Below are positions 34,477 to 45,204 of a stretch of 64,000 nt of DNA, piece after piece. Below the pieces are notes generated by a model. That model searched no databases. It saw only the letters and a program-made list of their open reading frames with translations, and was not told where the DNA came from. The stretch comes from an uncultured Chloroflexia bacterium (GTDB lineage Bacteria > Chloroflexota > Chloroflexia > Thermomicrobiales > UBA6265): contig CAVRUC010000009.1 of assembly GCA_963724295.1 (NCBI GenBank), positions 32,001 to 96,000 of the forward strand. The letters run 5' to 3'. The position numbers were made by a program, and so were the translations under genes. The stretch's first letter is position 1. The number at the start of each line of letters is the position of its first letter.

Positions 34477-34587
34477 CGAGCAATTTGAGCGGCGGGACTC
34501 CCGGATTTTGCGCCGCCTTCTCCTACACTTGAGGTGTAGCGAGCGCGGCCACGACGCGAAGGCCGGGACTGAGCGAGAGGCGCCGGA

Positions 34588-36534
34588 ATGCGGCTCGTAC
34601 GGGTTGGACTGGGCAGTATCGACACCACGGTCGGCGCGTTTCGCGAGAATACCGACCGCGCGCTGGCACTCGCCCACGACATGGCGGCCGACGGCGTCAC
34701 TGTCGGCGTCTTCCCGGAACAGGCCATCGGTGGCTACCCGGTCGAAGACCTCATCCAGTGGCAGGGGTTCGTCGAACGACAATGGCCCGAGCTGGAGCGC
34801 TTCGCGCGGGAGACGGCAGACCTGGCGACAGTGTTCGTGATCGGGGTCTCCGTGCTCCACGACGGTCTCCGCTACAACTGCGCGGCGACGGTCGCCGGCG
34901 GGTCCATCCGATCGCTGACCCCGAAAGAGAAGCTCCCCACTTACAACGTCTTCTATGAAGGGCGGACCGTCTCCCGCGGCGTGCCCGGCGCATTCTCGGA
35001 CGTCCGCGGCGTCCCCTTTGGGGATCTCATCGTCCGATTCGACTTCGGCGCGATCGCCCCCGAGGTCTGTGAGGATCTCTGGAGCCCCGAAGGACCGACC
35101 CGACGCCGCACCTACTCGGGCGCCGAGCTGGTCTGCAACGTCTCCGCCTCGCCGTTCCGGCTGGGGGTGGTGCAGACCCGGCGCGAGTTGATCGCCACCC
35201 GCGCCGCCGACTACCAATGCTCGTTCGCCTACGCCAATCTCGCCGGGTCCAACGACGGGTTGATCTTCGACGGTGGTGGCTACCTCAATCAGAACGGCAA
35301 GTGGATGCTGGAGGCGCCCCGCTGGCGCGAGGGTTTCGCGGCCGCGACCGTCGACCTCGATCGCACCACCCGATTGCGTGCGGAGAACACCACCTGGCGC
35401 ATCGACGCGGAGGCATACCTGGCGGAACACGCGCCTGTGAGGACCATCGACGTGCCGTCTGCCGAGTTCAGCACCGCAACCAGCCGCGCTGCCTTGACCT
35501 ATCCGGTGCCGGCGCACGGCTCGTTCTTCCTCCCGGAACCCGAACCCCGGCGGTCACCGCGTCGGGAGTTTTTCGAGGAGATCCTCGACGCTTTGACGAT
35601 GGGGGTCGGCGACTACTTCGAGAAGAACCCGGTGTTCCGCACCATTGGCGTGGCGCTCTCCGGCGGCCGGGATTCGCTGCTGACTCTCCTCATCGCCCAT
35701 CGCTATGCCAGCCGCGTGCGACCGGAGGATCCGGGATCGTTACTCCGCGCGTTCTACATGCCGTCCCGCCATTCATCGGTCGAAACCCGGCGCGCCGCCG
35801 AGACGATCTGCCGCGAGCTTGGCGTCCCGCTGGAGATCGTGCCCATCGACGAAGCGTACGAGCGAGAGCTGGCGGCGACCGAGGCGATGCTCGGTGCGGG
35901 AGAGACGGTCACCGAGCTGACCAGGCAGAACATCCAGGCGCGCATCCGCGGGCAGCGGATGTGGAACTGGTCCAACTCCTCGGGCGGGCTCTTCCTGCAG
36001 ACTGGCAACATGAGCGAGAAGGCGGTCGGCTACACCACGATTGGCGGTGATCTGGAGGGTGCGCTCGGCGTGCTCGCCAATGTGCCGAAGACCGTGGTCA
36101 TGGCGCTGCTCACCTACCTGCAGGAGCAGACAGGTTATACCGGGATCGGTCTCGTACTGGCCAAACCGGCCGGACCCGAGCTGGCGCCGGACCAGGAAGG
36201 CGAGAAGGAGTTGATGCCCTTCCCGGTGCTCGACGCCTGTTTCCATCTCTTCGGCGCCGAGAAGCTGCTGCCGGAGGAGGTCGAAGAGGCGCTGGTGGTC
36301 ATGTTTCCCGGCCACACCCGCGACCAGCTCCGGGCCTGGGTCGAGAAGTTCACGCGCCTCTTCCTCGGCTCGATCTACAAGTGGGTGCAGGCCCCCATCT
36401 CCCTGCACATCGGCAATCTCGACCTCGACCGCGAGCGCGCGTTGCAACTTCCAGTCGTTCAGAACCAGGAATGGGCGGCCATTGCCAGGCCGGAGCTCGA
36501 GATTGCAACCCGGCGCCGGTTCGACGGTGCGTGA
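34588..36534 (+). CDS. nadE: Glutamine-dependent NAD+ synthetase
   Basis: Nitrilase triad FPE/PK/CEDLW; SGGRDS, QNIQARIR, TGNMSE..GYTTIGGD. Confidence 0.96.
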   Translation: MRLVRVGLGSIDTTVGAFRENTDRALALAHDMAADGVTVGVFPEQAIGGYPVEDLIQWQGFVERQWPELERFARETADLATVFVIGVSVLHDGLRYNCAATVAGGSIRSLTPKEKLPTYNVFYEGRTVSRGVPGAFSDVRGVPFGDLIVRFDFGAIAPEVCEDLWSPEGPTRRRTYSGAELVCNVSASPFRLGVVQTRRELIATRAADYQCSFAYANLAGSNDGLIFDGGGYLNQNGKWMLEAPRWREGFAAATVDLDRTTRLRAENTTWRIDAEAYLAEHAPVRTIDVPSAEFSTATSRAALTYPVPAHGSFFLPEPEPRRSPRREFFEEILDALTMGVGDYFEKNPVFRTIGVALSGGRDSLLTLLIAHRYASRVRPEDPGSLLRAFYMPSRHSSVETRRAAETICRELGVPLEIVPIDEAYERELAATEAMLGAGETVTELTRQNIQARIRGQRMWNWSNSSGGLFLQTGNMSEKAVGYTTIGGDLEGALGVLANVPKTVVMALLTYLQEQTGYTGIGLVLAKPAGPELAPDQEGEKELMPFPVLDACFHLFGAEKLLPEEVEEALVVMFPGHTRDQLRAWVEKFTRLFLGSIYKWVQAPISLHIGNLDLDRERALQLPVVQNQEWAAIARPELEIATRRRFDGA

Positions 36535-36694
36535 TCACGCCCAGGATCTCGGAACTATCGCCCGCAACGAGTGACAGGTCTCACGCCGGTGGCTGGGGCA
36601 TCCGAGGCCGCTGCCGGTGACGGGCCGTCGGGGCGACGCCCGCGTCGCCCGCGCGCTTCGCAAAGCGACGACGACCTGATCGCTGCCCACCTCG

Positions 36695-37387
36695 CTAGCC
36701 GCACGACGCCGCCCAACTGTCGAACAACGTCCCCGGCGGCGGCCCGACCACCGCGGCGACCGCGACCGGGCGCGCGCAGTCCGGTACACGCACGCTCGCG
36801 ATCGTCTCGTCCACCAACCAGCGTCCGTCGCGGTCGACGAAGAGCAAGACTCTCGTGCGATCGGGATCAGGTCGAAGATCGTCATTGACGACGAGCAGCA
36901 CCGCCGCCAGGACCCGGCCGTCGGCCAGGATCTGCACGTGCCACGGACCCAGGTAGCGCGCTCGATTCCCGTCGTCGAGCGTTGGAATGCTGATGGTTTG
37001 GATGGCCATCCCTTCGACAGCACCAAGCGATCGCCGCAACCAGTCATCACTGTGCAGCGCGTAGAAGCGAAGCATGTCGCCGGCGGTGAGGCAGGCGGCC
37101 ATCTCCTCGATCACCGCTGTGATCGCCGCCGTCGTCGCTGGGTCGGCGTCATTCCCACCGGGGAGCTCGCGAATCAGACCGATCTCGCTTGAATCTGTCT
37201 GGGCGAGTGTGAGGACCTCCGCGGTCGCGCGCGGAGTGGCATCGCACGTGACAGCAGTCGTGGACGCCGCCGGGGTGGCCTGAAGCGCCGAAGCGACCCG
37301 GGGCATCGCACCGCACACAAGGAGCGCGAACGCGATCAACCGCAGGAAGTCAACGCAGCCAGTACGACGCGACGAGCAGTGATTCAC
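36695..37387 (-). CDS. Secreted hypothetical protein (NTF2-like fold possible)
   Basis: Hydrophobic signal, ASA|LQATPAA, ACLTAGD..YALHSDD, FVDRDGRWLVD. Confidence 0.75.
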   Translation of the reverse strand: MNHCSSRRTGCVDFLRLIAFALLVCGAMPRVASALQATPAASTTAVTCDATPRATAEVLTLAQTDSSEIGLIRELPGGNDADPATTAAITAVIEEMAACLTAGDMLRFYALHSDDWLRRSLGAVEGMAIQTISIPTLDDGNRARYLGPWHVQILADGRVLAAVLLVVNDDLRPDPDRTRVLLFVDRDGRWLVDETIASVRVPDCARPVAVAAVVGPPPGTLFDSWAASCG

Positions 37388-37448
37388 CAGGTGTTCTCCA
37401 CGTGACGGCCATGGCCGATGTAACTGACGGGATTTGGCCGACCAGGCG

Positions 37449-38165
37449 CTACGTGCCGGCGTCGTCCCGATCGGCGAGGAAGCGCAGCACCTCGGCGTTG
37501 AACGCCTCAGCCCGCTCCCACATCGGATTGTGCCCCGCCTCCGCCAGGATGATCAGGCGCGCGCTGGGAACGACCGCGGCGATCTCCTGACCAATGGCAA
37601 GTGGCGTGATGGCGTCGTGCTCGCCCCAGACGACGAGCGTCGGAGCGTCGATCCTCCTCAGATACGGCTCCCAGTCGGTCTGCAGCGCATCAACCGTCGC
37701 CGCGACGACGCTCCGAGGATGGCAGCGCAGCAGATCGCGCACCAGCAGCGGCGTGAACCCCAGCGAGCCGCGGCTGATGGTGCGCATGACATGCTCCGGA
37801 CGCGCCATAGTGCGCGTCCCCTGGGGGCGGATGGCGGCATCGACGAGGACCAGCCGGTCGATGCGGTCGGGATGGCGCGCGGCGAGTCGCGCCGCCACAG
37901 CTCCGCCAAGCGAGTGGCCGGCGATATGCGCTTGCGCGAGACCCTCGTCCACGAGCCAATCAGCGAGCCGGTCCGCGATATCGTCCAACCGCGACCAGCG
38001 GACCCCGCGACTCTCACCGAACCCGGGAAGATCGACGGAGTAGGTGCGAAAGCTGCGTGAGAAGACGGGAACATTTCTGCTCCACCAGCGACCAGAGCCA
38101 GAGAGCCCGTGGAGCAGGATCAGCGGTGGTCCGGACCCAACTACCTGATAGGCGAGAGCGTTCAT
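37449..38165 (-). CDS. Alpha/beta hydrolase
   Basis: LLHGL, DLPGFG, GHSLGG, WGEHD, AGHNP. Confidence 0.92.
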   Translation of the reverse strand: MNALAYQVVGSGPPLILLHGLSGSGRWWSRNVPVFSRSFRTYSVDLPGFGESRGVRWSRLDDIADRLADWLVDEGLAQAHIAGHSLGGAVAARLAARHPDRIDRLVLVDAAIRPQGTRTMARPEHVMRTISRGSLGFTPLLVRDLLRCHPRSVVAATVDALQTDWEPYLRRIDAPTLVVWGEHDAITPLAIGQEIAAVVPSARLIILAEAGHNPMWERAEAFNAEVLRFLADRDDAGT

Positions 38166-38181
38166 CGGGGCCCGCTCGGAG

Positions 38182-39039
38182 TCACGGCTTCCTCAACTCA
38201 TGCTCCGCATAGGCAATGATCCGGTCATCCACCATCAGTTCAGTCAATGGTTGACCGCGCAAGTACGCGTCGACGATCCGCGAAAGGGTTTCAGGATGGC
38301 TGAAATTGATCGCGTGGGCGGCATCAACATGGCGCACCAGGTCAGTATCGGCCGGTGAACGAAAGATCGTTTCGATTTGCGGGTTCGAAATCAGCGGATC
38401 TCGGGTGCCGATGACCGCCAGAAACGGGACGGGAACATGCATGAGCCGCTCCGCAGTGGGGTACTGGGTCATGCGGCGAAAGGCTTGCAATGAGTTCCCT
38501 AGGCCGAAGCGGAGATAGTCAGGGACCGCGATCCGCGCCAGCGAGGGCGGCTCACGCAGGCCATCGCGCGCGAGTTGCACGAGTCCCCGCGCAAGTGGCC
38601 GGTTGTGGCGACCGCCGGCCGGCGACACGAGGATTGCGCGCTCGGTGCGATCCGGATACCGGTGGGCGAACTCGGCGGCGACCAGACACCCGGACGAGTT
38701 GCCGAGGACGACCGCGCGCGGGACACCGACGGCGTCGAGATAGCCGGCCAGCGCCTCGGCCTGCTCGCGGATACCGAGCGGTTGGCGTGGCTTCTCGCTG
38801 TACCCATGCCCCGGCAGATCCGGCACGTACGTCGGGTAGTGCGACGCGAGTCGAGCCGCGGTCGGCTCCAGATAGCGACCGGATATCGCGAAACCATGGA
38901 TGTGCACAATCGGCGTGCTCGTATTGGACGTCTCTGCGACGCGGGAGTAGACGCGCAGACCCGCTACCGTGGTCCAGCGCCCGGCCAATGGCGGCATGGG
39001 CGTTTCCGGAGTTCGCTGGCGTGCCCTCAAAAAGGCCAA
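38182..39039 (-). CDS. Alpha/beta hydrolase (start may be 38997)
   Basis: HIHGF, DLPGHG, GNSSG, GTRD, AAH. Confidence 0.9.
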   Translation of the reverse strand: MAFLRARQRTPETPMPPLAGRWTTVAGLRVYSRVAETSNTSTPIVHIHGFAISGRYLEPTAARLASHYPTYVPDLPGHGYSEKPRQPLGIREQAEALAGYLDAVGVPRAVVLGNSSGCLVAAEFAHRYPDRTERAILVSPAGGRHNRPLARGLVQLARDGLREPPSLARIAVPDYLRFGLGNSLQAFRRMTQYPTAERLMHVPVPFLAVIGTRDPLISNPQIETIFRSPADTDLVRHVDAAHAINFSHPETLSRIVDAYLRGQPLTELMVDDRIIAYAEHELRKP

Positions 39040-39761
39040 AGGTTTAGCTCTTGGGTCCAGGCGTGCCGCGGCTGCCGCAACAGAAAGAGGATGGCCTCGG
39101 CCACGTCTTCCGGATAGAGGTACTTCCGCCCCGGGTCGCTGGCCATTTCTTCTCGTTTCTCGGCGACCGATCGCCCTCCGAACGGGGTGAGGATCGAACC
39201 CGGCACCACGGTGCAGACCTTGATGCCGTCATCGGCGACCTCGCCCGCGAGCCCTTGCATCAGTCCCATCAATCCGAATTTCGACGCGCTGTAGGCGCCG
39301 AGCTGGGGGTAGCCCTGCTTCCCGGCGCCGGAGGAGACCGCGACGATCGCGCCGCCACCATTCTGGCGAAGGTGCGGGATCGCGGCCCTGGCACAAAGGA
39401 ACGGACCGGTCAGGTTCGTGGCGAGGGTTTCTTCCCAGTTGGCGAGCGGGTACGACTCGATTGGTCCGTATCGCCCAACACCGGCCGCCAGGATCGCGGC
39501 GTCGATCCCCTCCAGTTCGTCCGCAGCTTGGGCAAAGACCGCTTCCACCGCCGCTTCGTCGGTGACGTTGGCGGGTCGGACGAGCGATCGCCCACCAACG
39601 CTGGCCACCATGGCCGCGGTCTCCGCCAGCGGCTCTCGCGTCCGCCCGACCAGCACCGGCGTCCCTCCGGCCGCGGCCAGCCCCATGGCCACCGCCCGCC
39701 CAACACCGCTGCCGGCCCCGGTGATGACGGCCACCATGCCCGCCAGATCGCGGTGCGTCAT
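39027..39761 (-). CDS. SDR family oxidoreductase
   Basis: TGAGSGVG, YSASK. Confidence 0.93.
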   Translation of the reverse strand: MTHRDLAGMVAVITGAGSGVGRAVAMGLAAAGGTPVLVGRTREPLAETAAMVASVGGRSLVRPANVTDEAAVEAVFAQAADELEGIDAAILAAGVGRYGPIESYPLANWEETLATNLTGPFLCARAAIPHLRQNGGGAIVAVSSGAGKQGYPQLGAYSASKFGLMGLMQGLAGEVADDGIKVCTVVPGSILTPFGGRSVAEKREEMASDPGRKYLYPEDVAEAILFLLRQPRHAWTQELNLWPF

Positions 39762-40774
39762 GCGCGATACCCGTTATCGCCGTAGAGCCGCCGGTAGAGA
39801 CCGGCGAAAAAAGTCAGCAGCACCGAGCAGCCGGTGCGGCTGGTGAGGTCCTTCACGTCCCGGCTGGGGTCGATCTCGACCAGGTCGATCGCACCCACTT
39901 TGGGGTCCAGCCCGCACGCGAATACGGCCTCCATCAGCTGCCAGGCACTCATCCCTTCCGGCGAGGTGGCCGACGTCCCGATCGCCCAGGGGAAGGCAAG
40001 GCAATCGATGTCGACGCTCAGGTAGACGAGGTCGGTCCCATCCCCGGCGATCTGCAATGCCTCGGCGATGCAGTCCGGGATTCCCCGCCGCTGCAGGTCG
40101 CGGCCGCTGATGACGGTGACCCCTTGCTCCCGCGCCCACTCCATGTAGTTGGCGGCGTTCATGAAACCGTGGATGCCCAGCTCGACGACATTGCGGCCTT
40201 CGATCGGCAGATCCCCGGTGAGAATGGCCCGGAAGGGCGTGCCGTTGTGCGGACCGTGCTCGAAGTTGCGCACGTCGAGGTGGGCGTCGATGTTGATGAT
40301 GCCGACCCGCTTATCTGGGTTCGCCGCGCAGAAGCCTCGCACGGCGGGCGCGGTGACGGAGTGATCGCCACCGATCATCACCGGAATGAAGCGCGGCTCG
40401 ATGGCACAGGCTGCTGCCACGGCGGCCTCGATCTTGGCGTGGGCCACCGTCACGTCGGTGAGATGCCCGCCGACGTCGCCCAGGTCGCGCGCTCGCAAAC
40501 CCCGGATGTCAGTGTCCCAGTCTGGCGAGTAGGTCGTGTTGTAGCGGAAGGCCAGGCGGATCGATTCCGGCGCGGCATAGGCGCCGGAGGGATTGATCGA
40601 TGCCCCCGAGTAAGGCAATCCGATCAACCCGGCGTCGAGTGGATCCTCACCGTCCCACGGCGTCAGCCAGTTGTTGACTCGTAGCTCCTCACTGTCCTGC
40701 CAGCCCGCGCGTTTGGTGACGCTCGCCGGCGACAGATGCGGAACCCCAAATCGCGGTGGTACGCCGATAGCCAC
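39758..40774 (-). CDS. Ureohydrolase (agmatinase / formimidoylglutamase family)
   Basis: GGDHS, DAHLD, HNGTPF, SVDIDC, DLVEIDP; RBS GGAGGG before GTG 40774. Confidence 0.9.
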   Translation of the reverse strand: MAIGVPPRFGVPHLSPASVTKRAGWQDSEELRVNNWLTPWDGEDPLDAGLIGLPYSGASINPSGAYAAPESIRLAFRYNTTYSPDWDTDIRGLRARDLGDVGGHLTDVTVAHAKIEAAVAAACAIEPRFIPVMIGGDHSVTAPAVRGFCAANPDKRVGIINIDAHLDVRNFEHGPHNGTPFRAILTGDLPIEGRNVVELGIHGFMNAANYMEWAREQGVTVISGRDLQRRGIPDCIAEALQIAGDGTDLVYLSVDIDCLAFPWAIGTSATSPEGMSAWQLMEAVFACGLDPKVGAIDLVEIDPSRDVKDLTSRTGCSVLLTFFAGLYRRLYGDNGYRA

Positions 40775-40951
40775 GAACCCCTCCATCATTCGTTGAACTG
40801 CCTGATCCTGAAGGCAGCATACCCGGCGTAACCGTGCCGGGCGCACCCGAATGGAGACCGGAGTGTGGTCTCAATCTCCGCGAACAATGACCGAATCGAG
40901 CGACAGCTGAACCGGGTTGATCGCGGTTGCGGGTTACTTGCCGAGCGCCGA

Positions 40952-41221
40952 TTAGTCCAATGCGGATGCGATGAGACCCACGTCTTCGTCGCTCAGATCG
41001 ACCACCCCTGCCAGCAGCTCGTCAAACAGGCGAGGCACTTTCGCGGCGTGCTCCAGGAGCCCGCGCGCGGCCATGATCCGATCGGCCACCTTCGCATCCG
41101 CGATCTCGCCGTCGACGCAGGCCGACAGAAACAGGAACGAGCGTCGCGCGGCCGCCAACAGCTCTTCTTCAGTGATCGAGTTGTCGGTGAATTCGTCGGC
41201 CTCAGTCTCTTCCTTCGCCAT
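40952..41221 (-). CDS. Small acidic hypothetical protein
   Basis: MAKEETEADEF...IASALD, helical, G-rich RBS. Confidence 0.65.
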   Translation of the reverse strand: MAKEETEADEFTDNSITEEELLAAARRSFLFLSACVDGEIADAKVADRIMAARGLLEHAAKVPRLFDELLAGVVDLSDEDVGLIASALD

Positions 41222-41421
41222 GTACCCCCCGTCCTTTTCGGATCGCTTGTCAGCGATGCAGTCTCTCGCCCTCGCCGCGGCTCCGCAACCACCCAGGCGC
41301 GACTGCCAAACGGCTCCGGGCAGGCGTGAACGTCCGGCTCTTCCTGGTACCCGGGAAGTTCGGGAAGTTCGGTAAGTTCGACTCGGCCCGTACGTGCGCC
41401 GGCGGAAGAGAATCGCCGCTC

Positions 41422-42342
41422 TTATCGCTTTCTCGACCGTGGGTCGAGGGCATCGCGCAACCCGTCGCCGATCAGGTTGGTGGCGAGCACGGTGGCGAAG
41501 AGGAAGAAGCCGGCGAAGACGGAGATCCACCAGGCCTGCTGCAGCCTGGGTTGGCCGGCGCTGACGATGCTGCCCCATGTTGGGGTCCTGGGTGGCACGC
41601 CGGCGCCGAGGAACGAGAGCGACGCCTCGGAAAGAATCGCGAACGCGACGACGAACGTCCCTTGCACGATCAGTGGTGACAGCGAGTTGGCAAAGATGTA
41701 GCGGCGCATGATCGGGAAGTCGCGCATGCCGATTGCCCGTGCGGACTCGACATACGTTTGCTGACGGTTCATGAGCGTCGTACCGCGCACGAGCCGGGCA
41801 ATGTTTGGCGTGTAGACCACCGTGAGGGCCACGATCACGTTTTCGGTTGACGGACCGAGGGTGGCCATGATGACGAGTGCCAGCAGAATGCTTGGGAATG
41901 CCTCCAGCCCGTCCATGATGCGCATGAAGAGCGTGTCGAGTCGGCGGTAATACCCGGCGACCAGTCCGATCAGTGAGCCGAAGACTGTCGCCCCCACCGT
42001 CACGGTGATTCCGACCAATAGCGAGATGCGCGCGCCGTAGATCACCCGGCTGAAGACGTCACGGCCCAGATCATCGGTGCCGAACCAGTATTTCGACGAT
42101 GGTGGGTCGAGGCGATCGGCCGGGTTGACGAAGTTCGGATCGAACGGCGCGATCGCTGGCGCGAAAATGGCGAGGAGCAAAATCAGGAGCAGAAGGCAAA
42201 GACTCGCCACCACGGCCGGGTTCTCGAGCAGCAAGCGGGCCCAATAGTATTTCGATGCCGGCGTGATCGTGGAGAGTCCCCAATGACGACGCCTTGTCGT
42301 TGGCGACCGGCTGGACGTGCCGAGGGCTTCAGTTAGCGCCAT
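41422..42342 (-). CDS. Peptide-type ABC permease (DppC/OppC)
   Basis: FGTDDLGRDVFSRVIYGARISL, EAA loop YVESARAIG, EASLSFLG. Confidence 0.95.
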   Translation of the reverse strand: MALTEALGTSSRSPTTRRRHWGLSTITPASKYYWARLLLENPAVVASLCLLLLILLLAIFAPAIAPFDPNFVNPADRLDPPSSKYWFGTDDLGRDVFSRVIYGARISLLVGITVTVGATVFGSLIGLVAGYYRRLDTLFMRIMDGLEAFPSILLALVIMATLGPSTENVIVALTVVYTPNIARLVRGTTLMNRQQTYVESARAIGMRDFPIMRRYIFANSLSPLIVQGTFVVAFAILSEASLSFLGAGVPPRTPTWGSIVSAGQPRLQQAWWISVFAGFFLFATVLATNLIGDGLRDALDPRSRKR

Positions 42343-43279
42343 AGCGAATTCTCGGATCGATATAGACGTACAGCAGATCGACGAGAAGCATGATCAGGAC
42401 CTCGATCGCCGCCACCGTCATCACCGCGCCCTGCACGACCGGGATATCCCGGCGGACCACACTCTGCACCAGCAGCCGGCCAAGCCCTGGGATATTGAAG
42501 ACATTCTCGATCACGACGGCACCGCCAAGCATGCCGGCAAAGGTCACGCCGATGATGGTCAGCACCGGTATCAGCGCGTTGCGAAAGGCGTGGGCCACGA
42601 CCACCCGCCGCTCCTTCAGACCCTTGGAGTAGGCCGTCCGCACGTAGTCTTCATTGAGCACGTCGAGCATCGTCGACCGCACGAGGCGGGCTAACAGCCC
42701 GGCCGCTGAAAATCCCAGTGTGAGGGTCGGCAGGAGCATGTATCGAAAATGCTCGATCGGGTCAACGCCGATATCCACGTAGCCACCGGATGGCAGCCAG
42801 CCGAGGACGACCGCGAAGAGGAGGATCAAGAGGATGCCGAAGAAGAAACTGGGGATCGCCACGCCGCTGATCGACACCATCATCAGCAACCGGTCGAGGA
42901 GCGAGTTGGCGCGCACCGCGGCGATCACCCCGGCCGGAATCGCGATCACGACCGCAAGCGTCATCGAGTAGAAAGCGAGCAGGATGGTCGGCTCCGCGCG
43001 TTCGAGCAGCGCAAGGACGACCGGCTGCCCCGTGAACAGCGAGGCGCCGAAATCAAGCCGCAGCGCGGACCAGAACCAATTGATGAATTGGACAGGGATC
43101 GGCTCATCGAGACCGAGTCGCTCTCGCAGCGCGATCTTCTGCTCCTCCGTCGCATCTCGCCCCAGCATGACCGAGGCGGCATCGCCGGGCGTGAGGTGCA
43201 TGAGCGTGAAGACGATCACGCCGACGATGAGGAGCACCGGAATCAACAGCAGCAAGCGGCGTATGACGTATGCCAGCAC
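42329..43279 (-). CDS. Peptide-type ABC permease (DppB/OppB)
   Basis: PGD..LG, DYVRTAYSKG, GGAVVIENVFNIPGLG. Confidence 0.95.
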   Translation of the reverse strand: MLAYVIRRLLLLIPVLLIVGVIVFTLMHLTPGDAASVMLGRDATEEQKIALRERLGLDEPIPVQFINWFWSALRLDFGASLFTGQPVVLALLERAEPTILLAFYSMTLAVVIAIPAGVIAAVRANSLLDRLLMMVSISGVAIPSFFFGILLILLFAVVLGWLPSGGYVDIGVDPIEHFRYMLLPTLTLGFSAAGLLARLVRSTMLDVLNEDYVRTAYSKGLKERRVVVAHAFRNALIPVLTIIGVTFAGMLGGAVVIENVFNIPGLGRLLVQSVVRRDIPVVQGAVMTVAAIEVLIMLLVDLLYVYIDPRIRYGAN

Positions 43280-43315
43280 GCGCAGTCTCCGCGGGAGGCC
43301 GGATCAGTTCACGTT

Positions 43316-43359
43316 TCCCCTCTCCCTTCGCGAAGGGAGAGGGGGTAGGGGGCGAGGGC
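43316..43359. repeat. REP-like hairpin with G-rich tail
   Basis: TCCCCTCTCCCTTCGCGAAGGGAGAGGGGGTAGGGGGCGAGGG, same architecture as 15205 and 16796. Confidence 0.8.
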
Positions 43360-43365
43360 TCGCTG

Positions 43366-45072
43366 TTACGCCTCTTCCAGCCAGCAGTTCGTGAACTCCG
43401 GTTCGAGCTCGAAGTGCATTTGCCCTAGGAGCCCCTGGACATTCGAGGTGAGCGCAGCGACACCGTAGTTATTGACCAGCTTGACCATCGGCGCCTCCTC
43501 GTAGAAGAGCCGCTGCAGCTCCTCGAGCGCCGCGTATCGAGCCTCGAAATCAGACTCGGTCTGCAGCTGCTCGATGACGGCCTGCTTTTCTTCCGAGCAC
43601 CACTTGCCATCCTGGTTGCAGCTCACGAAACGGTCGATCAGGACCGGATCGGGTCGGAACACGATCGCGTTCGTCGTCATGTCCCAGCGCTCGTCGTCTT
43701 CCAGGTTTTCCTCGAGCGTCGCTTCGTCGCTTACTTCCAGCTCGACGGTGAACCCGGCGGTTTCGAGCTGCTGCTGCGCCACGACAGCCGCGTTGTAGTC
43801 GCCGAGGTCCTCCTGGGTGCAGAGGAGGCGGATGGGCGTGCCGTCGTAGCCAGCCTCCTGGAGCAGCTGCGCCGCTTTCTCGGGGTTGTTCTGGTTGTAG
43901 AGCTCGGCGGAGACATCCGAAGCCCACATCGTCTGCGGCAGCATGATGCCCGGACCGGGCTCGAAGTACCCCTCGCCGTGGGTAGCCTGACCGCTCGACT
44001 CGACCTCGATCGCGGCCTGCACCGCCTGCCGCAGGGTCTGGTTGGTAAACATCCCGCCCGCGGTGTTCATGATGATGATGCCGTAGCTCCGTGGCGGCAA
44101 AATCTCGATGGTGACCCCGGGAGAGTCCTGGAGCACCGCGATCTGATCGGGGATGATCTCCTCGAGATAGTTGTACTCCCCCGACTGCAACCCGGCGACT
44201 CTCGCGGCTTCTTCAGGCACCGGGATGAACTCGATCTCGTCGAGATAGGCCGCCTTGCTGCCGGCGTACCCGCTCGGCGGGCTGTCGACTCCGACGTAGT
44301 CGTCAAACCGGTCGAGCAACGTGAAACGGTCCTGCTGGAACTCGACGAACTTGTAGGGCGCCGTGCTGATGTATTGCTCGGGAGCCATCGGCTCATTCGC
44401 CGCGGCCTCCATGATCGCTTTGGGATGGATCGAGAGTCCTGATTGCTGGCGAGCCAGCAGACTGGGCAGGGCGACGAGCGGGGACGTCAACCGGAACTCC
44501 ACGGCGTAAGGGTCGACCTCCACGATCTCGTCGAGGAATTGCGAGATCGCCAGCCCGAGACTGGCAACCGGAGCCCAGCGATTGAACGACGCGACGACGT
44601 CGGCCGCGCGCATCTCCTCACCGTTGTGAAACGGCACGCCCTGGCGCAGTGTGATCTTGTTCACCAATCCATCGTCGCTGACCTCGATCCCTTCGGCCAG
44701 CATCGGGACCGTGTTGTATTCGGCGTCAAAGGTGAACAGCGCCTCGAACATGTTCCAGTCGATGAGACCGACAGTGCGCTGCGCCAGGAAGTGTCCGTCG
44801 AGCGTTGCCGGCTGGCCGGTGGTGGCTACTCGCAACCGGCCACCGCGGATCCCTTCGGCCGCGGGCGTCGATTCCTGGAAGAGCGCTGGAGCGCGCAGCA
44901 TCCCGCCGCGTTGCGTCACCGCTCCGACCGTGCTCAGACCGCCGGCCGCCGCTAATCCCATCGCGCCGGCTGTTCCGGCACGCACGATCGTCCGCCGGCT
45001 CATTCGGCGCCCGAGCACTCGCTCCTCGATCGGCGTCGTTCCCCGCCTGTTCCGCTGGTCATGCTGGCTCAT
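43366..45072 (-). CDS. ABC substrate-binding protein, family 5, Tat-exported
   Basis: MSRRTIVRAG leader; PMLAE, LRQGVPFHNG. Confidence 0.93.
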   Translation of the reverse strand: MSQHDQRNRRGTTPIEERVLGRRMSRRTIVRAGTAGAMGLAAAGGLSTVGAVTQRGGMLRAPALFQESTPAAEGIRGGRLRVATTGQPATLDGHFLAQRTVGLIDWNMFEALFTFDAEYNTVPMLAEGIEVSDDGLVNKITLRQGVPFHNGEEMRAADVVASFNRWAPVASLGLAISQFLDEIVEVDPYAVEFRLTSPLVALPSLLARQQSGLSIHPKAIMEAAANEPMAPEQYISTAPYKFVEFQQDRFTLLDRFDDYVGVDSPPSGYAGSKAAYLDEIEFIPVPEEAARVAGLQSGEYNYLEEIIPDQIAVLQDSPGVTIEILPPRSYGIIIMNTAGGMFTNQTLRQAVQAAIEVESSGQATHGEGYFEPGPGIMLPQTMWASDVSAELYNQNNPEKAAQLLQEAGYDGTPIRLLCTQEDLGDYNAAVVAQQQLETAGFTVELEVSDEATLEENLEDDERWDMTTNAIVFRPDPVLIDRFVSCNQDGKWCSEEKQAVIEQLQTESDFEARYAALEELQRLFYEEAPMVKLVNNYGVAALTSNVQGLLGQMHFELEPEFTNCWLEEA

Positions 45073-45204
45073 GCTTCTGCTCCTTTGCAGTGATCACCGG
45101 CTACCCGGTGGCTACCCTACGACAGGCTTGCGGCCAATCATGGCAAGCAAAGACGTTCCCCGGCGCCACTCCTTTCAATTCCTGCGATCCATCTCGACCT
45201 GAAT

